From contig CM120642.1 in assembly GCA_051362555.1 (NCBI GenBank), forward strand, positions 2,666,001 through 2,730,000: a stretch of 64,000 nucleotides of DNA, written 5' to 3'. Shown here one piece after another: positions 11,817 to 26,556 of the stretch. The translations under genes were made by a program, and so were the position numbers. Origin of the DNA: Lingula anatina (taxonomy: Eukaryota; Animalia; Brachiopoda). The stretch's first letter is position 1. Each line of letters opens with the position of its first letter. The notes under the pieces were generated by a model, which did no database searches, was not told the DNA's origin, and saw nothing but the letters and a program-made list of their open reading frames with translations.

Positions 11817-14643
11817 GAGCGGTTACGTTGCGCGTGGCGTCATTTTTCTAAACCGGATACATGGTTCCTGCAGACGAGACTAGCGTCTGAAGGACTGAGA
11901 TTAAATCTCCGACAAGTCTTGTTCTGCACCCTCGAGCGGATGTGCCGTGTGATTATCCAAACAGCTCTGAATTTTCCTCTTGTGGAAAAGAACTTTTGCT
12001 GACTCGTCACATCATAAATTTTATGATGATGAGTCTTATTGAATATTTGATACATATTTTTTATCCCTAAGGCCGCTAAATCGTTATTATTGTTTAAATG
12101 ATTAGGATAGTGGGGTTATATAATAAAAGCGGTCTTGTTTAGTCAAATCTCGATCAATCTTGTTATGAATAGTACTATTAAAGTTCTGGTACACTGGGAT
12201 GGAGGAGGCAGAGAGAGTCTTTCTCAACTTGGAAAATATCCTCATTTATATGTAACCAAGTATGTAAAAGCATAAGAGGATATATATATGTTTCTCCATC
12301 AGATTAGAATAAAGACCTTGTTTCTCAGTTCGATATTAAAATAATGCAATTTATACCGTGCTGAATCTTAAATTATATTGTCTGGTGACTAAATTTACAT
12401 TCGCAGTTCGACTAAAAAATTAAATGAAACTCCAGATAACTACTTATCATTTTCTAATTAAGATTGCCACAATCATAATTGCATTTATAACAACAGGAGA
12501 AAGTTCATTTACATTTTTCCAACTGTAAATAAAAAACGCTGTTCTAATAAGTGCAATGCCGAAAAAATGTTTTCAAGAAGAGTTATTTTTCTCAAATCAA
12601 AATGATTGGCACATATACGATGGTTATCTTTATGATGACATTTTCGGCCACTAGCTTTCTAGAGCCTTGTTCAGTGCAAAAGTCTCCTAGTACATGTGTG
12701 ACCGCTAAGTGAAGGCGTGATCAAAAATTATAATTACATACAGGAATAAGCCAGTGCCCTGTTCATAGCCACGAGCTTGGATGTCACTTAAGATGTGATA
12801 TAATACTAATTGATGAAGTTTCTTTGTGATCAGAATTCAGTCGTCTAGATTTGTTAGAGGCGATACTGACGGCAGCTTTTAGCGTATGGCATCACCTTTT
12901 GTCGGGGTTTGAAAATAAACGAATAGGAAGCACAAAAAAATTTTGAACATGCTCATACATGTAACCTCCCTCTACGTATCCGAACGTACACCAGTGTTTC
13001 CATGCGTTCTCAAGACTTAAACGACGTAGGTCTAACATACACCTTGTGTGTATCTGTTGATATGTGGGACAGTACCTTGAGGCACGTTACACTCGTGACG
13101 GGTGGGTTTCTTACCAACTATAGCCTATAGCATTTTAAAAAAGCTATAATAATGATATATGGAACCGCGAAACTATGTTTATGTTGACCTTCAGTCAATG
13201 ACATATTTTATGTTTTTTTCAAAAGAAAACTCATTTGTGGAGAACCTATACAAAAAATGTGAGTAGAGTTCAGAAGATATGTACACTTCGCCATGGATTT
13301 CTCAGTCCCTTTTAGCTGATACAGAATTGGGTGAAAGACAGTCAGTTTTGTAACAGCTACTCTCTATCCCTGAGACAAACTTTAGCATTATGTCAATTCA
13401 CCAAGCGGCAAAATTCTGTTGTGGGATTAAAAAACTGTCAGATTTTAACAAGAGAAATAGTACATGAAATGGGGGTCTATTTCGTAAACTACAAACTTTC
13501 CTATCGTAAAAAACGAGAGAGCCGTAAACATAAAAAACAGAAGGCGAACGGGTTGTAGAAATCAATTGTACATGTGTAGTACCAGAGAAAGGGATCTGTT
13601 CCGATCGACTATAAGAAAAGAGAATGAAAAATTGGATGTGCCAAAGTGTGTTTATATACAATGAAGGCACTGTGCTTAGTACCTTAGGGGACCCAGGCGA
13701 TGGCGCTTGAAAAAAACTAGGCTGGCGTCTGTCATTGAAGGTAAGGTAAAAACCAATGGGCACCGTGTGGCGAATCAAATCAAGCGACATTTTGCAGAAT
13801 TAATGACAGCTTATCGTGTGTTTTGTACCTACGAATAAAACAAAAGAAAAAAGAAAGAACTACTATAAAACCGAAAATAGAAAAAGATGAACGTATTATC
13901 TGAAAGCAGGGAATTAAAAACGCAGATATGAGAAAAGTGCACAATAAAAATAAAGACACAGGAATGTATCTGTCTACCAAAATACTTGAAGGATTCACTG
14001 ATCGTTACGTCATCACTGACTAGAAAAAAGTACAGCCCCATGAATACCGGTTTAAAGGAACTGTACAAATCAATAACAACATGACTCACTGTCACGCGGG
14101 ATTCTCTGGCGCATGACTCCGGATTTCAGACTGCTTGGATAACAAAATTTGACCCACCTAAACCGTGGATCGCAGGGGCTTGCCCTGAAGATACAAATAA
14201 ATGTCCAACTAATCTTGATTTCCCCTGAAGCTGCCCCCTTCTTGTCATTTGTCACTCTCCATTGTTTGCTTAAATATAATGAATTTACGTTACTGTCTAA
14301 AATACCCACAAATGTCATGCACAAGGGGTGACAAAAGTGTTGATTTTAAGACGCTTAAGCTGAAAGCAATTTAACGAGAAGCACCCCGGAGGTGGACCGA
14401 TCCTGTTAGATCGATCTAGGTATGAGAACCCAGTCTAATCCAATTCTTAAAACCTGAAACAACGTACCCCACATACGATCACTGAACATTTTTTAAGTCT
14501 ATGTCCAGAAGGATGTTTGTCATATTTAGATCATGTGGATATCATATACAATATCAATACTGACATACAGTGTATTATCATGTCGTATGTAAGGCCAAAG
14601 AATGGTTTGTAAACTTATAGCAGAGATACTGGGTTGACAACTA

Positions 14644-16304
14644 CAGACTTGACATTTAATATGGAATATTTTTTTCCAAATCATTTTTCATCAATTTTTT
14701 TCTATTTTGCTGACTGATAAATGAAAATAAATATTAAAATCGTGTTTTAATAACTTTCAATTATCTCTTTGATATCATTTTGACATCAGTCCATTAATGG
14801 AATTCGCCAGAGAAGCAAACAAAAACACATTGCCTATTCTATGTCATACGACAACAATTAAAGGAGATATTTTGGATCTCCATATTTTCCAAATAATTTT
14901 CTGTAAAAGAGATACACGCCTCACAAAGAACCCCCATGTCAGTGTCTAGTCACAGTAACGGTCGCTGTTACGCTTGACCTCTTCTGTTTGCTACCAGCGC
15001 TCTTAAGTGGCAAGGCATTCCTTGGGTTAGGTTTTTAGAGTTCAATCTGGAATAACATTCCAGGCATCGGTCAAAATCTGTCCAATTTGGTCCAGTTTTG
15101 TTGTAGGACATGTAGGCCATTGATTCGGCGAGTAATGGCCTACCCACATATTGTCTATGTGGTTCAAATATGGCGATTTTGATTACCAAGGTAGCTGCTC
15201 ATTCCCTTGGTTTTGTAAGTAATCTGCTATTAAAAGTGCTATGTGTGTACCGGGAATTCCACCGTGCAACCTAAAATTGTTCCTAAGGTGCCCCCTATCA
15301 AATGATAGTCAAGTGGTTCTCAGATTATTCCTTTATTTGATCTGGTTCAGGTTTTCGTGGATGACCATCATTGGTGTTTTGGCACCAATGTGGTATCCAC
15401 TCCAATTACTGAAGCTGTTAATGACCTTAGTCACTTTAGACGCGGCACACGCTTAGTCGTTGGCCTCTTCTGGATGTCTGTAAACTCTGTTTTGACTGGT
15501 TGAGCGGTACAGGTGAAAGCTGACCTCAATAAAGAAAGTCACGAGGTTTCAGTGTTCAACTCAGAAACGATCAGGGTCCCCAATTCATTAGAGAAACATA
15601 CAACGATGTTTTGCTGTTTACAGTGGGTTTCCCTGAGGTCGTCTGGTATTCTAACCAGCTAAAACCAGTTTGGTATTCGCTAAGGGCCCTGAAAAATGCG
15701 TTTTGGTGGCAATTTACCCCTCATTCTGAACGGACTGGGTGGTTTTTGTTTAGTTGCAATAGCATATCCCGACAGACAGTGGGTCCTGTACCCTGGTGGT
15801 AAGATTTCAATACGTTGGTTGTGGCCTCTGTGTAGGTACATCAGTCTGGGCATTACTCTATAAAACTGTGCGGACCGTTTCGTTTGGCGCAATTTTCTGT
15901 CTGGCAATGTCTGTCTTTTTCGCGGCATTCTGCCACAGATAAACAAATATGCAGAGCACTGCATAGCTCATTTTACACCTTGCAAAACCGACCACCTGCA
16001 TGCAAAATTTCAAATTCTTCTATGCAGTAGTTGCCGAAATATGGATACTTTTTTGACAGAACCATGCTTTGCCAAAGCCAAGCTTTGACCTGCCCAAAGG
16101 AGCACTACCCAATTAAATCACTGCATATTACATAATGCAGCAGCGCAACTAACCTGGTATTCAATTAATTGGAAGCGACACACCTGACTACACACTTCTC
16201 CATTCACATATCGTATATGAGATCGGAGTTTTTTAAAAAAAGAATGCATTTTTACCTACGCATACCTTCGAAACTGAAATATTCCATATTAAATGTCAAG
16301 TCTG
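14644..16304. mobile_element. Non-autonomous TIR DNA transposon, copy 2 of the 1.6-kb family
   Basis: TIR cagacttgacatttaatatggaatatt / aatattccatattaaatgtcaagtctg with TA duplication; only broken internal ORFs. Confidence 0.85.
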
Positions 16305-16802
16305 TAGTTTTCAATAAAATACTAATTGAAAACCTAACAAATCAAAACAAACCTAGCAATGCTTTTGTCACACCTATGTAAGTAAGTGAAATCATAATTC
16401 ACAGTCAGTTATTTTTTTATTTATTCTGTTTATTTATTTATTCAATTTTATCTTTGACGGGGGGTGTGTGCTCTGTTGTACATGTCACACATCGCTACAT
16501 TGTGGTGCGTCATGCATTTTGCATTAATATTATCCAATCGGAGAGTATAGTGTGGCCGTGCGCTGATATATGATTCTGAACATGTGACTTGTTCGTTTTA
16601 TGTAACCTTTATCTCTTATATATAAAAAAAGTTCTGTCTCAATAGTTTGCACATCCTATGATACATGTAAAAAGCGTATATCCGAAGTACACTTTAAATA
16701 AATACAAAAACGCGACGGTAATGTTAAGCGTGTAGAAATTGCACGGGTTGACATATCAAAGGAATGGAAGTATTGCCGTAGTTTGCCCAGTTCTGCCATG
16801 GA

Positions 16803-17207
16803 TTATTACCTCCGCCATGGAGGTTATGTTTTCACCCCTGTTTGTTTGTTTGTCTGTCTGTCATCAACATAATTCAAAAATTATAATGGACCTATTTTGA
16901 TGAAATTTTCAGGAACTGTTAGAAGTGCAGGGCCAAGGAACAGACGATTAGTTTTTGGTGGTGATCCGGATCAATAATCAATCAACAATCAATAATAAAA
17001 AACTAAGTTATGGACCTATTTTGATGAAATTTTCAGGAACTGTCAGAAGTGTACCAGGGAACGGATGATTAGTTTTTGGTGATGATCCGGATCAATAATC
17101 AATCAATAATAAAAAATATCGAACATTTAGGGGTGAAACGGCATTGGATGGAGACTTTGCTGCCTTAGTGGAGGTCTGCGCTCCCTGAATGCCTGAATTT
17201 TCTACTT
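16803..17207 (+). mobile_element. Non-autonomous Helentron/HINE (DINE-1-like) element
   Basis: ttattacctccgccatgg start, (tgtt/tgtc)n microsatellite, two ~120-bp internal tandem copies, subterminal inverted repeat cttagtggaggt and ...ttctactt end. Confidence 0.7.
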
Positions 17208-18219
17208 AACCGTTGCAGTGTTGATACATTTATATTTTTGCTAATAAAAACATGTGCCCTCTACTCAAGTCTTAAAGTAACCATCCATTAGGCAATAGTA
17301 TACTGCCATAAACCGACCGACTGCGGTGTAGCTTTTTATCTTCATTTTATTCGTTTTTAATTCTCCCTCACTCATATAAAATTTGAATAAGAGTAAGATG
17401 CATAAAGGCTTACATGCTAGAATCGATATTTCTAGCAGTTTTAAACGTGGCCTTAACGTTCGCGTAAGGGAAATTTACGCTTTTTTCCCTTTTTTATTTG
17501 CACAGAAAGACTGATAGTTCTTAAAGAATCAGTTCTTAAAGATAAGGTTCAAAAGGACCATAAGAGTTGAACATGTTGTGTTTAACAAATTAACACTAAA
17601 TGGTATTTACCTGTATGTGTATACTGATCAATTATTCAAAAAATAAAAAGGCCCAAGCTTTCGGCCTTTATGCCTTCGAAGTCATCGAGGACCAAAACTG
17701 AGTAAACAAACTAAGTTGAATTTGTTTGTGTTGCGTAAACGTTATTATGAGACAAAAGCAGAAAGAAGCTGATATTTGTACGAGTATTTCTTTTCATCCC
17801 GTGGTGGCAGCGGGCGTAGTAAGGTCGCAGGGCGGTATTAATTTAATTATATAAGCCTTCAACGAAGAAGATTTTTCAGTTTGAATAAATACGATATATA
17901 AATATTTGGATGACTGCACATTATCAACGTTGAAGTGTATACGTTTACATCTTGAATTAATGTGCAATGACGTCATCATTTCAACTTTGATAAATCACCC
18001 GACTTTGGACCTCGGTGAAGCAAGAGCGCTCCTTTCTGTTCTGTTCTGTTCTGATATGATATGATATGAAAACCGTCGGGTCAGTATTTGCTATCGATGC
18101 CAAGACAAGAAGGGATAATAAATCTTTGTATGAGATCTATATTTCACAGTAAAACATTGTGAACAGCTCATAGAAATAAAATATGTTTTGTTGTACAAGA
18201 AAAACGGCAGTTATAGCGG

Positions 18220-18580
18220 TTATTCTGATATCTGAGCTAGTCTTTAGACCATGTGACCTCCATTGATGGCTATACTCTGTTTTAATCTCTTAAGAGATTA
18301 TAAAAAAAAACAGGGACTAACTTTGAATGTAAAAACAGATTCATTAACCATTGGTAAGTACGGGAAAATTGTTGCTTACTCCAGGAAAATTCATTTTTTG
18401 GCCAAAACAAAGAGTTATTATCCCTTTAAATATCTACAAACTGCAATGATGTGTTTCAGACAGTAACAGTTTCCTCTACATGTACACTGGTGAGGAGGGT
18501 ACCTGCACTCCAAAGAGGCCAGTACAACACATATATATAGGCTGTTAAAGAGAAATCTCACTAATATGGAGTTCTGAAAA
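18220..18580. repeat. Fragment of an old dispersed repeat; related fragments near 26170-26290, 32900-32970 and 56468-56560
   Basis: Shared words such as ccattggtaa.ta.gggaaa, ctgcactc.aaagaggccagtacaaca and tattctgatatctga...agaccatgtgac. Confidence 0.5.
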
Positions 18581-19245
18581 TGAAGAGTAAAACACGTGCC
18601 CAATATGTGGCTTCGGGTATTTATTGTTCAGTTAAAGGCAAAACAATGTGTTGAATTTCAAAATACATTATGCCACGTTATATGGAAAAAAGTTAATTTA
18701 CATAAACCAATGACGTGTTTTCTTGTGAATCCACTGGATACCAAACTGATAAATAGGGAAATGCAGAGTTTTGAAAAGATAAGTCGAGGCGTGTCGGTTT
18801 GCTTATTGTTTGCTTATTCACTGACCTTCCGACATAACCACAAATGTGGGCTCTCACTGTTCAGAAGACTACATACTTATGAGTGTGTTTATTGACGTAC
18901 GCAACTTCTACTATTAGCAATATTTTAAGACATGCACAAAATAGTCATTAATATAAGATTTGAGCAAAAATTAAAAATATGATGTAATATTTTCGTGTGA
19001 CATTGTACATAAAGAAAAATGATGGGAATAAATAAAAAAGGTTCTAAAAGGGAATGAACGTTTTAAATCTTGAGTGTACAATTAAGTTTGATATTCCAAT
19101 TATTTTAACATCAATACATACGAGTATGCGTTATAGAATAACACCGGTTAACAAAGAATTAAACGAAAACTATAATTCAAAAAGTGCGTCCGATTAATAT
19201 GCGTCCACATACAACATGATTACGTGTATATGATATCGTACCAGT

Positions 19246-19690
19246 TTAAGGAAGGATCACCTCACAAATATACTGTCCTGGTTCGGAACATGTTTGCTCC
19301 TTCCACTTTTTAATTTGTTTGTTGTTTATAGCACCGCAAGCTTTATCAGCATTCGAGGGTGCCGTCCCGCCGTTGTTACCGTCCCAATTAATGTACCCTG
19401 CAGTTGAGGTGCTGTCCAACCAGGCCCAAGTACCAGGGGTTGACTGTTCCAATCCAATCCAATTTTTGACGGAAGTTGTTCTGAAAACCATGTACAAGAA
19501 TAATTACTCGTACCCCATTCAGTGTTGTTTTGTGGGTAGAGAAATGTATTGGTGAAAGAAAGTTGTGACAGCAATACTATCATTAACACACAATAAAAAA
19601 ACATGCAGGTATATTAACATATGTCAAAATACCCTGTCTCAACTGGTTCACGGTTTAACATTATTCAAAGGAAAATTTTACGACATTTGG

Positions 19691-19734
<44 letters not shown>

Positions 19735-22700
19735 GCGTCAGGAGGTTTCTAATAATAATAATAATTTATTCCAGTAATTTAGGCCACCGGCCCATATTAC
19801 ATTTGACACTTTATACCAAGATAACAACATGTAGCAACACATGTATTATGACAAAAACAAAATTATTATACAAGTGTAACAAACATCACATCACTGCTAG
19901 TAACACGAAATAAGAACATGGTGCAATGGTATAATAGAAACATACTAAAAGACACTAAAAACCTACACATCTGGAATGAGGCCCTCTACGTCAGAATTTT
20001 GAGATTCGCTCAGTATGATAGCCAGTGTGCTTCCTGTAACATTTGTAACACATTGTGCCTTGGCACCGGCATAATCTAATTGGTCACTAAAGAACTGGAA
20101 ACATTTGGTACCATCGCTTGATTTTACCCAGAATTCACTTCCAGGTGGACCTCCTGGGCAAGCTAGTAAAATAGACACGTGGGAAAAATTTAGTATAACA
20201 TAATATTGGTATTTGTTCATTTATTGATATTAGTGCACTGTGTATTACAAGATATTAATATAAAAATTACTATTTGGCACGTATTTTCATCTATAGTAAA
20301 ACATGTAAATTATGTTTTACAAATAAACAAATGCATCTTATAATGGTAAAGCACTGAGAGTAATGTAACAGCCTTTTGCGGTTAATGGAAAGCTTTCGGT
20401 TGGGCTTTTTTATATTTTTCGTTTTAATTTTGCTTCAAGTTATGCGTCTAAAAAGGAAATGTATTACTTACTTCTAGTATCAACACATGTTATACCATCT
20501 CCGGTGAAAAATGGTAAACAAGAACAACTGAAACTGCCAACTGTGTCTGTACATGTGGCATTTTCTGCACAGTTGTCAGTACCCAAGGAACACTCGTCCA
20601 CATCATTACATGTTTGGCCGTCACCAGTGAAGCCAGGCAAGCACGAACAACTGAAACTGCCAACGGTATCTTTGCATGTGGCATTTTCTGCACAGTTGTC
20701 TGTACCCAAGGAACACTCGTCCAAATTATTACATTTTGTGCCATTACCAGTGAAACCAGGTAAACAAGAACAACTGAAACTGCCAACAGTGTCTGTACAT
20801 GTGGCATTTTCTGCACAGTTGTCAGTACCCAAGGAACACTCGTCCACGTCATTACATGTTGTGCCGTTACCAGTGAAGCCAGGCAAGCATGAACAACTGA
20901 AACTGCCAACGGTGTCTTTGCATGTGGCATTTTCTGCACAATTATCTGTACCCAAGGAACACTCGTCCAGATCATTACATTTTATGCCATCACCAGTGAA
21001 GCCAGGTAAACAAGAACAACTGAAACTGCCAACAGTGTTTGTACATGTGGCATTTTCTGCACAGTTGTCTGTACCCAAGGAACACTCGTCCACGTCATTA
21101 CATGTTGTGCCGTCACCAGTGAAGCCAGGTAAACAAGAACAACTGAAACTGCCAACTGTGTCTGTACACGTGGCATTTTCTGCACAGTTGTCTGTACCCA
21201 AGGAACACTCGTCCAAATTATTACATTTTGTGCCATTACCAGTGAAACCAGGTAAACAAGAACAACTGAAACTGCCAACAGTGTCTGTACATGTGGCATT
21301 TTCTGCACAGTTGTCAGTACCCAAGGAACACTCGTCCACGTCATTACATGTTGTGCCGTTACCAGTGAAGCCAGGCAAGCATGAACAACTGAAACTGCCA
21401 ACGGTGTCTTTGCATGTGGCATTTTCTGCACAATTATCTGTACCCAAGGAACACTCGTCCAGATCATTACATTTTATGCCATCACCAGTGAAGCCAGGTA
21501 AACAAGAACAACTGAAACTGCCAACAGTGTTTGTACATGTGGCATTTTCTGCACAGTTGTCTGTACCCAAGGAACACTCGTCCACGTCATTACATGTTGT
21601 GCCGTCACCAGTGAAGCCAGGTAAACAAGAACAACTGAAACTGCCAACTGTGTCTGTACACGTGGCATTTTCTGCACAGTTGTCTGTACCCAAGGAACAC
21701 TCGTCTACATTATCACAAGCTGTGCCATTACCACTGAAGCCAGGCAAACAAGAACAACTGAAACTGCCAACAGTATTTGTACATGTGGCATTTTCTGCAC
21801 AATTGTTTGTACCTAAGGTACACTCGTCTAGATCAGGGGTACAATAGTAGCCTCCAACGGTGTTAACACAGATGTCACCTACGCAAACTTGTAAATTGGA
21901 ACCAAGTCCGGATGGGATTCCTACTGCACATTCGTTGATGTCTACAAGAAAGAAAATTATTAAAAGAATTGAATGTTGCACTTTCTACTACAGTCTGTGT
22001 ATATCATTAAATGAACTGTATATCCCCGCGTAATTAGAAATGTCACTTAGAAATAAGCTGTCATTTACGTCGCAAGTGAACCTTCTTATCAAAGTCTTGT
22101 GAAGATGGACAGTGAAAGTTCAAAGTATCCCCCCACTCCACCGTCATTCCACACCTATGGGAAATTGAACAAAATTATTGAAAAATATATAAGAAATATT
22201 CATGTATTATTTGAAACTACTGGCGAATTTAGGAAATACAAAGTCTATCGCTTAACTTCCAAGACAACCCCTTATCTAAAAATGTTTGTTAAATTAAAGA
22301 AAAATGAAAAAATCACAGAAGTCCCAAATCTTTCTGCTGAACACCATCTAAACGTAGTGTCTTGTGATACAAATTCCGTCTATTTTTTTACACATGCATT
22401 TTTTTTTCTTCACTGGGTTTAATGTTTACTTCCTTCTGCTCACTTTCATTAGTATAAAATACAAGCGCACATTGAGCCAAATGTCTTAAAGACCGTCTAT
22501 TGGCCAAAGTCGTTTGTTTTTATTATTGTTTTAACGACAGTTTCAACTGATATCAGCGACTTACCTACACAATTGCCACCTGCGTCCTGGCTAAAACCAT
22601 TCAGGCAAACGCACTGACAAGTGGTAGTAGGTTGGGTGTTGCAGGATCCTCCAAAAACGAACAGGTTATAAAAATAGCATCCAAATAAGTTCGGTAGCTG

Positions 22701-25700
22701 GAAGGTTAATGGTGGCGCACAACGTCCATATTGACCACACGAATTCTCTTGCGCTTTGCCAGCTAAAACAAAACAAAAGTCTTAGATAAAATTCAGAATG
22801 ATATACGGTGCTGCTGCAAGGTCATCAGCTTGAATGAGTTCACGCCAATGAGTTTTTGATGCAAAAGCATTATATCTTTACGTGACATTGCTTGTCATTA
22901 CGAAACGCATAAATTCTGTAATGTAAGGAAAAGCAGTACAGTAGTATTGCTATCAAATGCAATACTGTTAAGCAAGAGCAATTTAATGTGACTTGTTCAT
23001 CTGCGCATGCCATACTTTTTCCTTAATACATAATACGTAATTGGCTTGGCATTACGCTTATGGTGTCACTCAACATTATTTGAAGTAAACTACCGTGGAT
23101 GTAATTTTCAGAAGACCGCAGTTCATCATTTTTGTCGCTGCCGTTTATTTAAACTGTTTAATCAAGGAAAATAATTAACTGACTGGTTGCACTCTTTTTT
23201 TGTTTGTTTAGTCATCTGCCACACTATTTTTCTTGAACACAGCATCTGGATTTACGCGCTCGCCTCTTTTAATACATGTTTATACATGTCGGCCATTTTT
23301 ATCGTCACTCAGATGAAACACCAAATAGATTTCTGGGCTCCGTATCTCGAAAGCTTCGCTATGTTGCGCACGTGCGCTAGCATGGCGAGCGTGCGGTATC
23401 CCATATCTCGAAAGCTTCGCAAATCCCGGCCTTGCGCTAATGTCGAAATCACCATTAGTTTCGAGACTATTATTTGCGGCGATACAAACTAGTTGCAAAG
23501 GCCTCTGCGTATCCATAATTCTTCATTTTAATGTGTCTTTCGTGTAATTAAACATGGTGGCAAGTTTGGGTTGCTAGTCACAATAGCATATAATAAAACA
23601 TATAACAAAAACATGGAAGCTTTTAATTGATTGAATCACTGGTACCTCTGATAGAAAAACTTGCGGTAAATATTCACGTGAAGAATGCTAAAGTCATGTT
23701 TTATGATGCAGAAAAATTTCAAAATGAAACATTTCATACATCCTTTTATATTTTCTGGTGAATTTAATTCATCTGTGTAGTCTATTGATAATAATAATAA
23801 ATTTAAAAGTGTCATTTTCTACAAAAAATGAAAAAGCAGAAACAAAGCATTCGGTCGCACCGTGACCTTCCTCAATGTCTATTATTTTGAGACTGAACAC
23901 TACTCACCAATGTGTCAGTAATTGTGTCAGTCCAAGCTTCGCTTATTGAATTGTTTTTTGACATTTTATTGGTGTCAAATACTTCAAATATCAGTATTTG
24001 TAATTATGATATTCCTATAAATAAAAACAACCTCTTGATTTGCGTCATGGTGAAAAAAATTACATTTTGTTTAGGCATATCTGGTGGCTACAACAATCTT
24101 TGACACTGATGTGAAGTGATAGGTAAGATTCCTGAAGTAATCATTGTATCCTGCTCTATTACTGAAGTTGGCTGGCCTGGGGTCCTGAAACTGACAGTTT
24201 GCCCCCAATATTATGGGCCTTCTTTGGAGAACCTTATGAAGAAAATAAATAAGTACATTTACTAAGTATAAAAAATCTTCGTCTTTCGTGCTACTTAAAC
24301 AAAATATGAGCGTACTCGCACATAGTCTACATACTGTAACATGACAGATTTGACACTCACACACACCTAGACTAATCTTTGATTTTTTTCAAGGAAAATA
24401 GTTAGCATTCATGTTTTTCAAGCACTAAATGAAAAGAAAACTCATACCTTTCAATCAATCCAGGTTCTTCCAGTTGTTATGGCACCACATTCAAGTAATT
24501 TGCGTTTGAGTTGGTTCACGCGTTTGAGTGCCCACGCTCCATGTTAAACTCTTGTGTAAAGACGCGAGCGAGATTCTGCGAGATTTTAGGACTGCTTTCA
24601 CCCCCACGCCATCTAGCGGCAGACCCTCAACGCTGTTATGACGTCTTCACTTTATGCGGCAATCGAATTTTAGTAGAGTTTGAGGTTATAAGTGCGTTGC
24701 GTTTGCAAAGGCTTCGAGATAACAGGTGGGTGCAATCGCACTAGCAAATAGCGCACGCTCGCCATGCTCGCGCACGTGCGCATCATAGCGAAGCTTTCGA
24801 GATACAGGTCCCTGCTCTGGGTATACGCACACATGGTTCAGTGGGCACCGATCTCTTAACCCTATTCACACCGGGTGGGGTTGCTTACTACCCCAGGCGC
24901 ACATTTGTTAGAATAAATGTCCATGAAATTTCATGAATTTGTCACATTTTAACAGTTTTCAGGAGAAAAGGTGTCCCTGGCTTAAAAATTATATCACTGA
25001 TGCAGCCTTTTAACATACTTCTTTGTAACGCAATACAGCACATTTTTGTTTGCAACCGTTTCTCACATTTTAGTTTAAATTTTTTAAAGTTTATAAAAAT
25101 TCAAATTTAGGGAAGGAAAACCAGGGTTACTGTCATGATATGATATCTGCTCTCCTCTTCCTGCTCCATATTTATTCCTTTTATCATTCATTTTATTTTT
25201 GAAACAAAAATCAGAATCGTTTCTGTTTTATTACAAATGGATGTCTGATGAGAAGTGAAGTGGTAATTTTGTTTTGATAATGCATCAGATCTAGGGCTGG
25301 AAACAAAGTAATTTATATATATTTTTTTAACTTTCTTCAGCTGATCAATATTCTAAAATTATCTAAATAAGCAAGAATAGTATTGTAGCTCTCTGAAATG
25401 TAAATTATAATAATTTTTGACTTTTATTTTTGAAATACCAAAAAAGCTTCTGTAGTGTAACTACCAAAAAATATCGGTATTTCATTAATAATGTCCATAG
25501 GATATGTATCAAAATATGCCTGTGGGGTCCGGTAAAATGAGGGGTCCGGAGGACCCTGTATATCATACCCAATTACCATGTGTCAGACTCCGGGAACCGT
25601 TATTTCACAAACCAGGGATACGGACCTCTGGTTTCCAAAATATCTGGTCCCGGACTCTCTGTCATGGCGGACTTCCTGGTACATGACACATGTTGCTATT

Positions 25701-26478
25701 TCCTTCTGAAAGAAAACATGGCGGTTTCATATAAATGACTGGTCAGTCATTTAAGGGATAGCAACTCTTCAGCTGAGATTCAAAATTCCACAGTAAAAGC
25801 ATGTAAGTGTGGCCCAGAGGATGTACATCAACAATGGCAGCAACATCTTGTAACCAAATGATTTGAAATTTGTCAAATAAGACTAAGAAGTCATGGCAAG
25901 GGTCCTAGAAGAGGCTGCTTAAGGGGGTGTGGCAGAGGCCGTGGACATGTTGCAATGATTCACCTCACTCAATCATCTATATTTATGTAAACAACACATG
26001 ACAATATACATGTAATAAATTCCAAGTTAGCACCAAAACGGCGATTAACGCAGTTATGCTGAAATATGCACATGCCATCGGACCACGTGGACCTTCATAG
26101 GTTTTTAAGAGTTTATTATTACAAAAATACTTTTGAAAAGATTGGCTAACTTTGAATATCAGGACGGACTTATTAGCCATTGGTAACTATGGGAAATTTG
26201 TCGCTTATCCCGGAAAATCCGTTTAATGGCAGTTTTCCCGCCGAAATGAAGAATTGTTGTCCTCTTCAGGAACAGTTTTCTCATTAGAAATCATATAAAA
26301 ATCGAATTCACGTGTAGGGACGGGTCCACAATTGAACCTTGAGTAGGATACAATTGCTATAATTTCGAGGAATCATTTGGGAAACTTTAACTAGTGATGA
26401 TAAACACTTACGTATAGACATGCCCAGGACCAGCAACAGAGCCGCCACCGCCCACTTGCCGCATGTAACTTGCACCAT
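19246..26478 (-). CDS. Secreted tandem cbEGF / C-type lectin-like protein, paralog B (~721 aa, 11 EGF units); exons 26412-26478, 22565-22762, 20472-21941, 19967-20162, 19246-19480
   Basis: GT-AG introns with the same phases and exon sizes as paralog A; signal peptide MVQVTCGKWAVAALLLVLGMSIPGKA; exons 2, 4 and 5 nearly identical to paralog A. An alternative exon 1 lies at 33033-33099. Confidence 0.9.
19751..19943 (-). mobile_element. Short retroelement 3' remnant with (ATT)n tail in intron 4 of paralog B
   Basis: Block absent from the paralog A intron; ends in aataaattattattattatt on the minus strand. Confidence 0.4.
20484..21833 (-). repeat. Coding tandem array, 11 x 123 bp cbEGF units (paralog B exon 3)
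   Basis: Marker cactcgtc from 20591 to 21821 = 10 x 123 bp. Confidence 0.97.
23336..24811. mobile_element. Non-autonomous PIF/Harbinger-like element (~1.48 kb) in intron 1 of paralog B
   Basis: ~65-bp TIRs (gtatctcgaaagcttcgctatg.tgcgcacgtgcgc...), GG/CC ends, 3-bp TSD CTG. Confidence 0.75.
25810..25986 (+). repeat. ~175-bp direct repeat, copy 1 (copy 2 at 27630-27806); probable degenerate LINE 3' end
   Basis: Near-identical sequence 1820 bp apart; conceptual translation loosely resembles a LINE ORF2 C-terminus. Confidence 0.6.
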
Positions 26479-26549
26479 CTTTTTTATGATCAGTGGGGAG
26501 ATCTGTGAAGAGTTGGCTTAACAGTGAACTACGGGTCCACACCCAAGTC

Positions 26550-26556
26550 TTTTATA
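26550..26556 (-). promoter_or_regulatory. TATA box of the proximal exon 1 of paralog B
   Basis: TATAAAA ~72 nt upstream of the ATG at 26478, with CACGTG just upstream. Confidence 0.65.
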
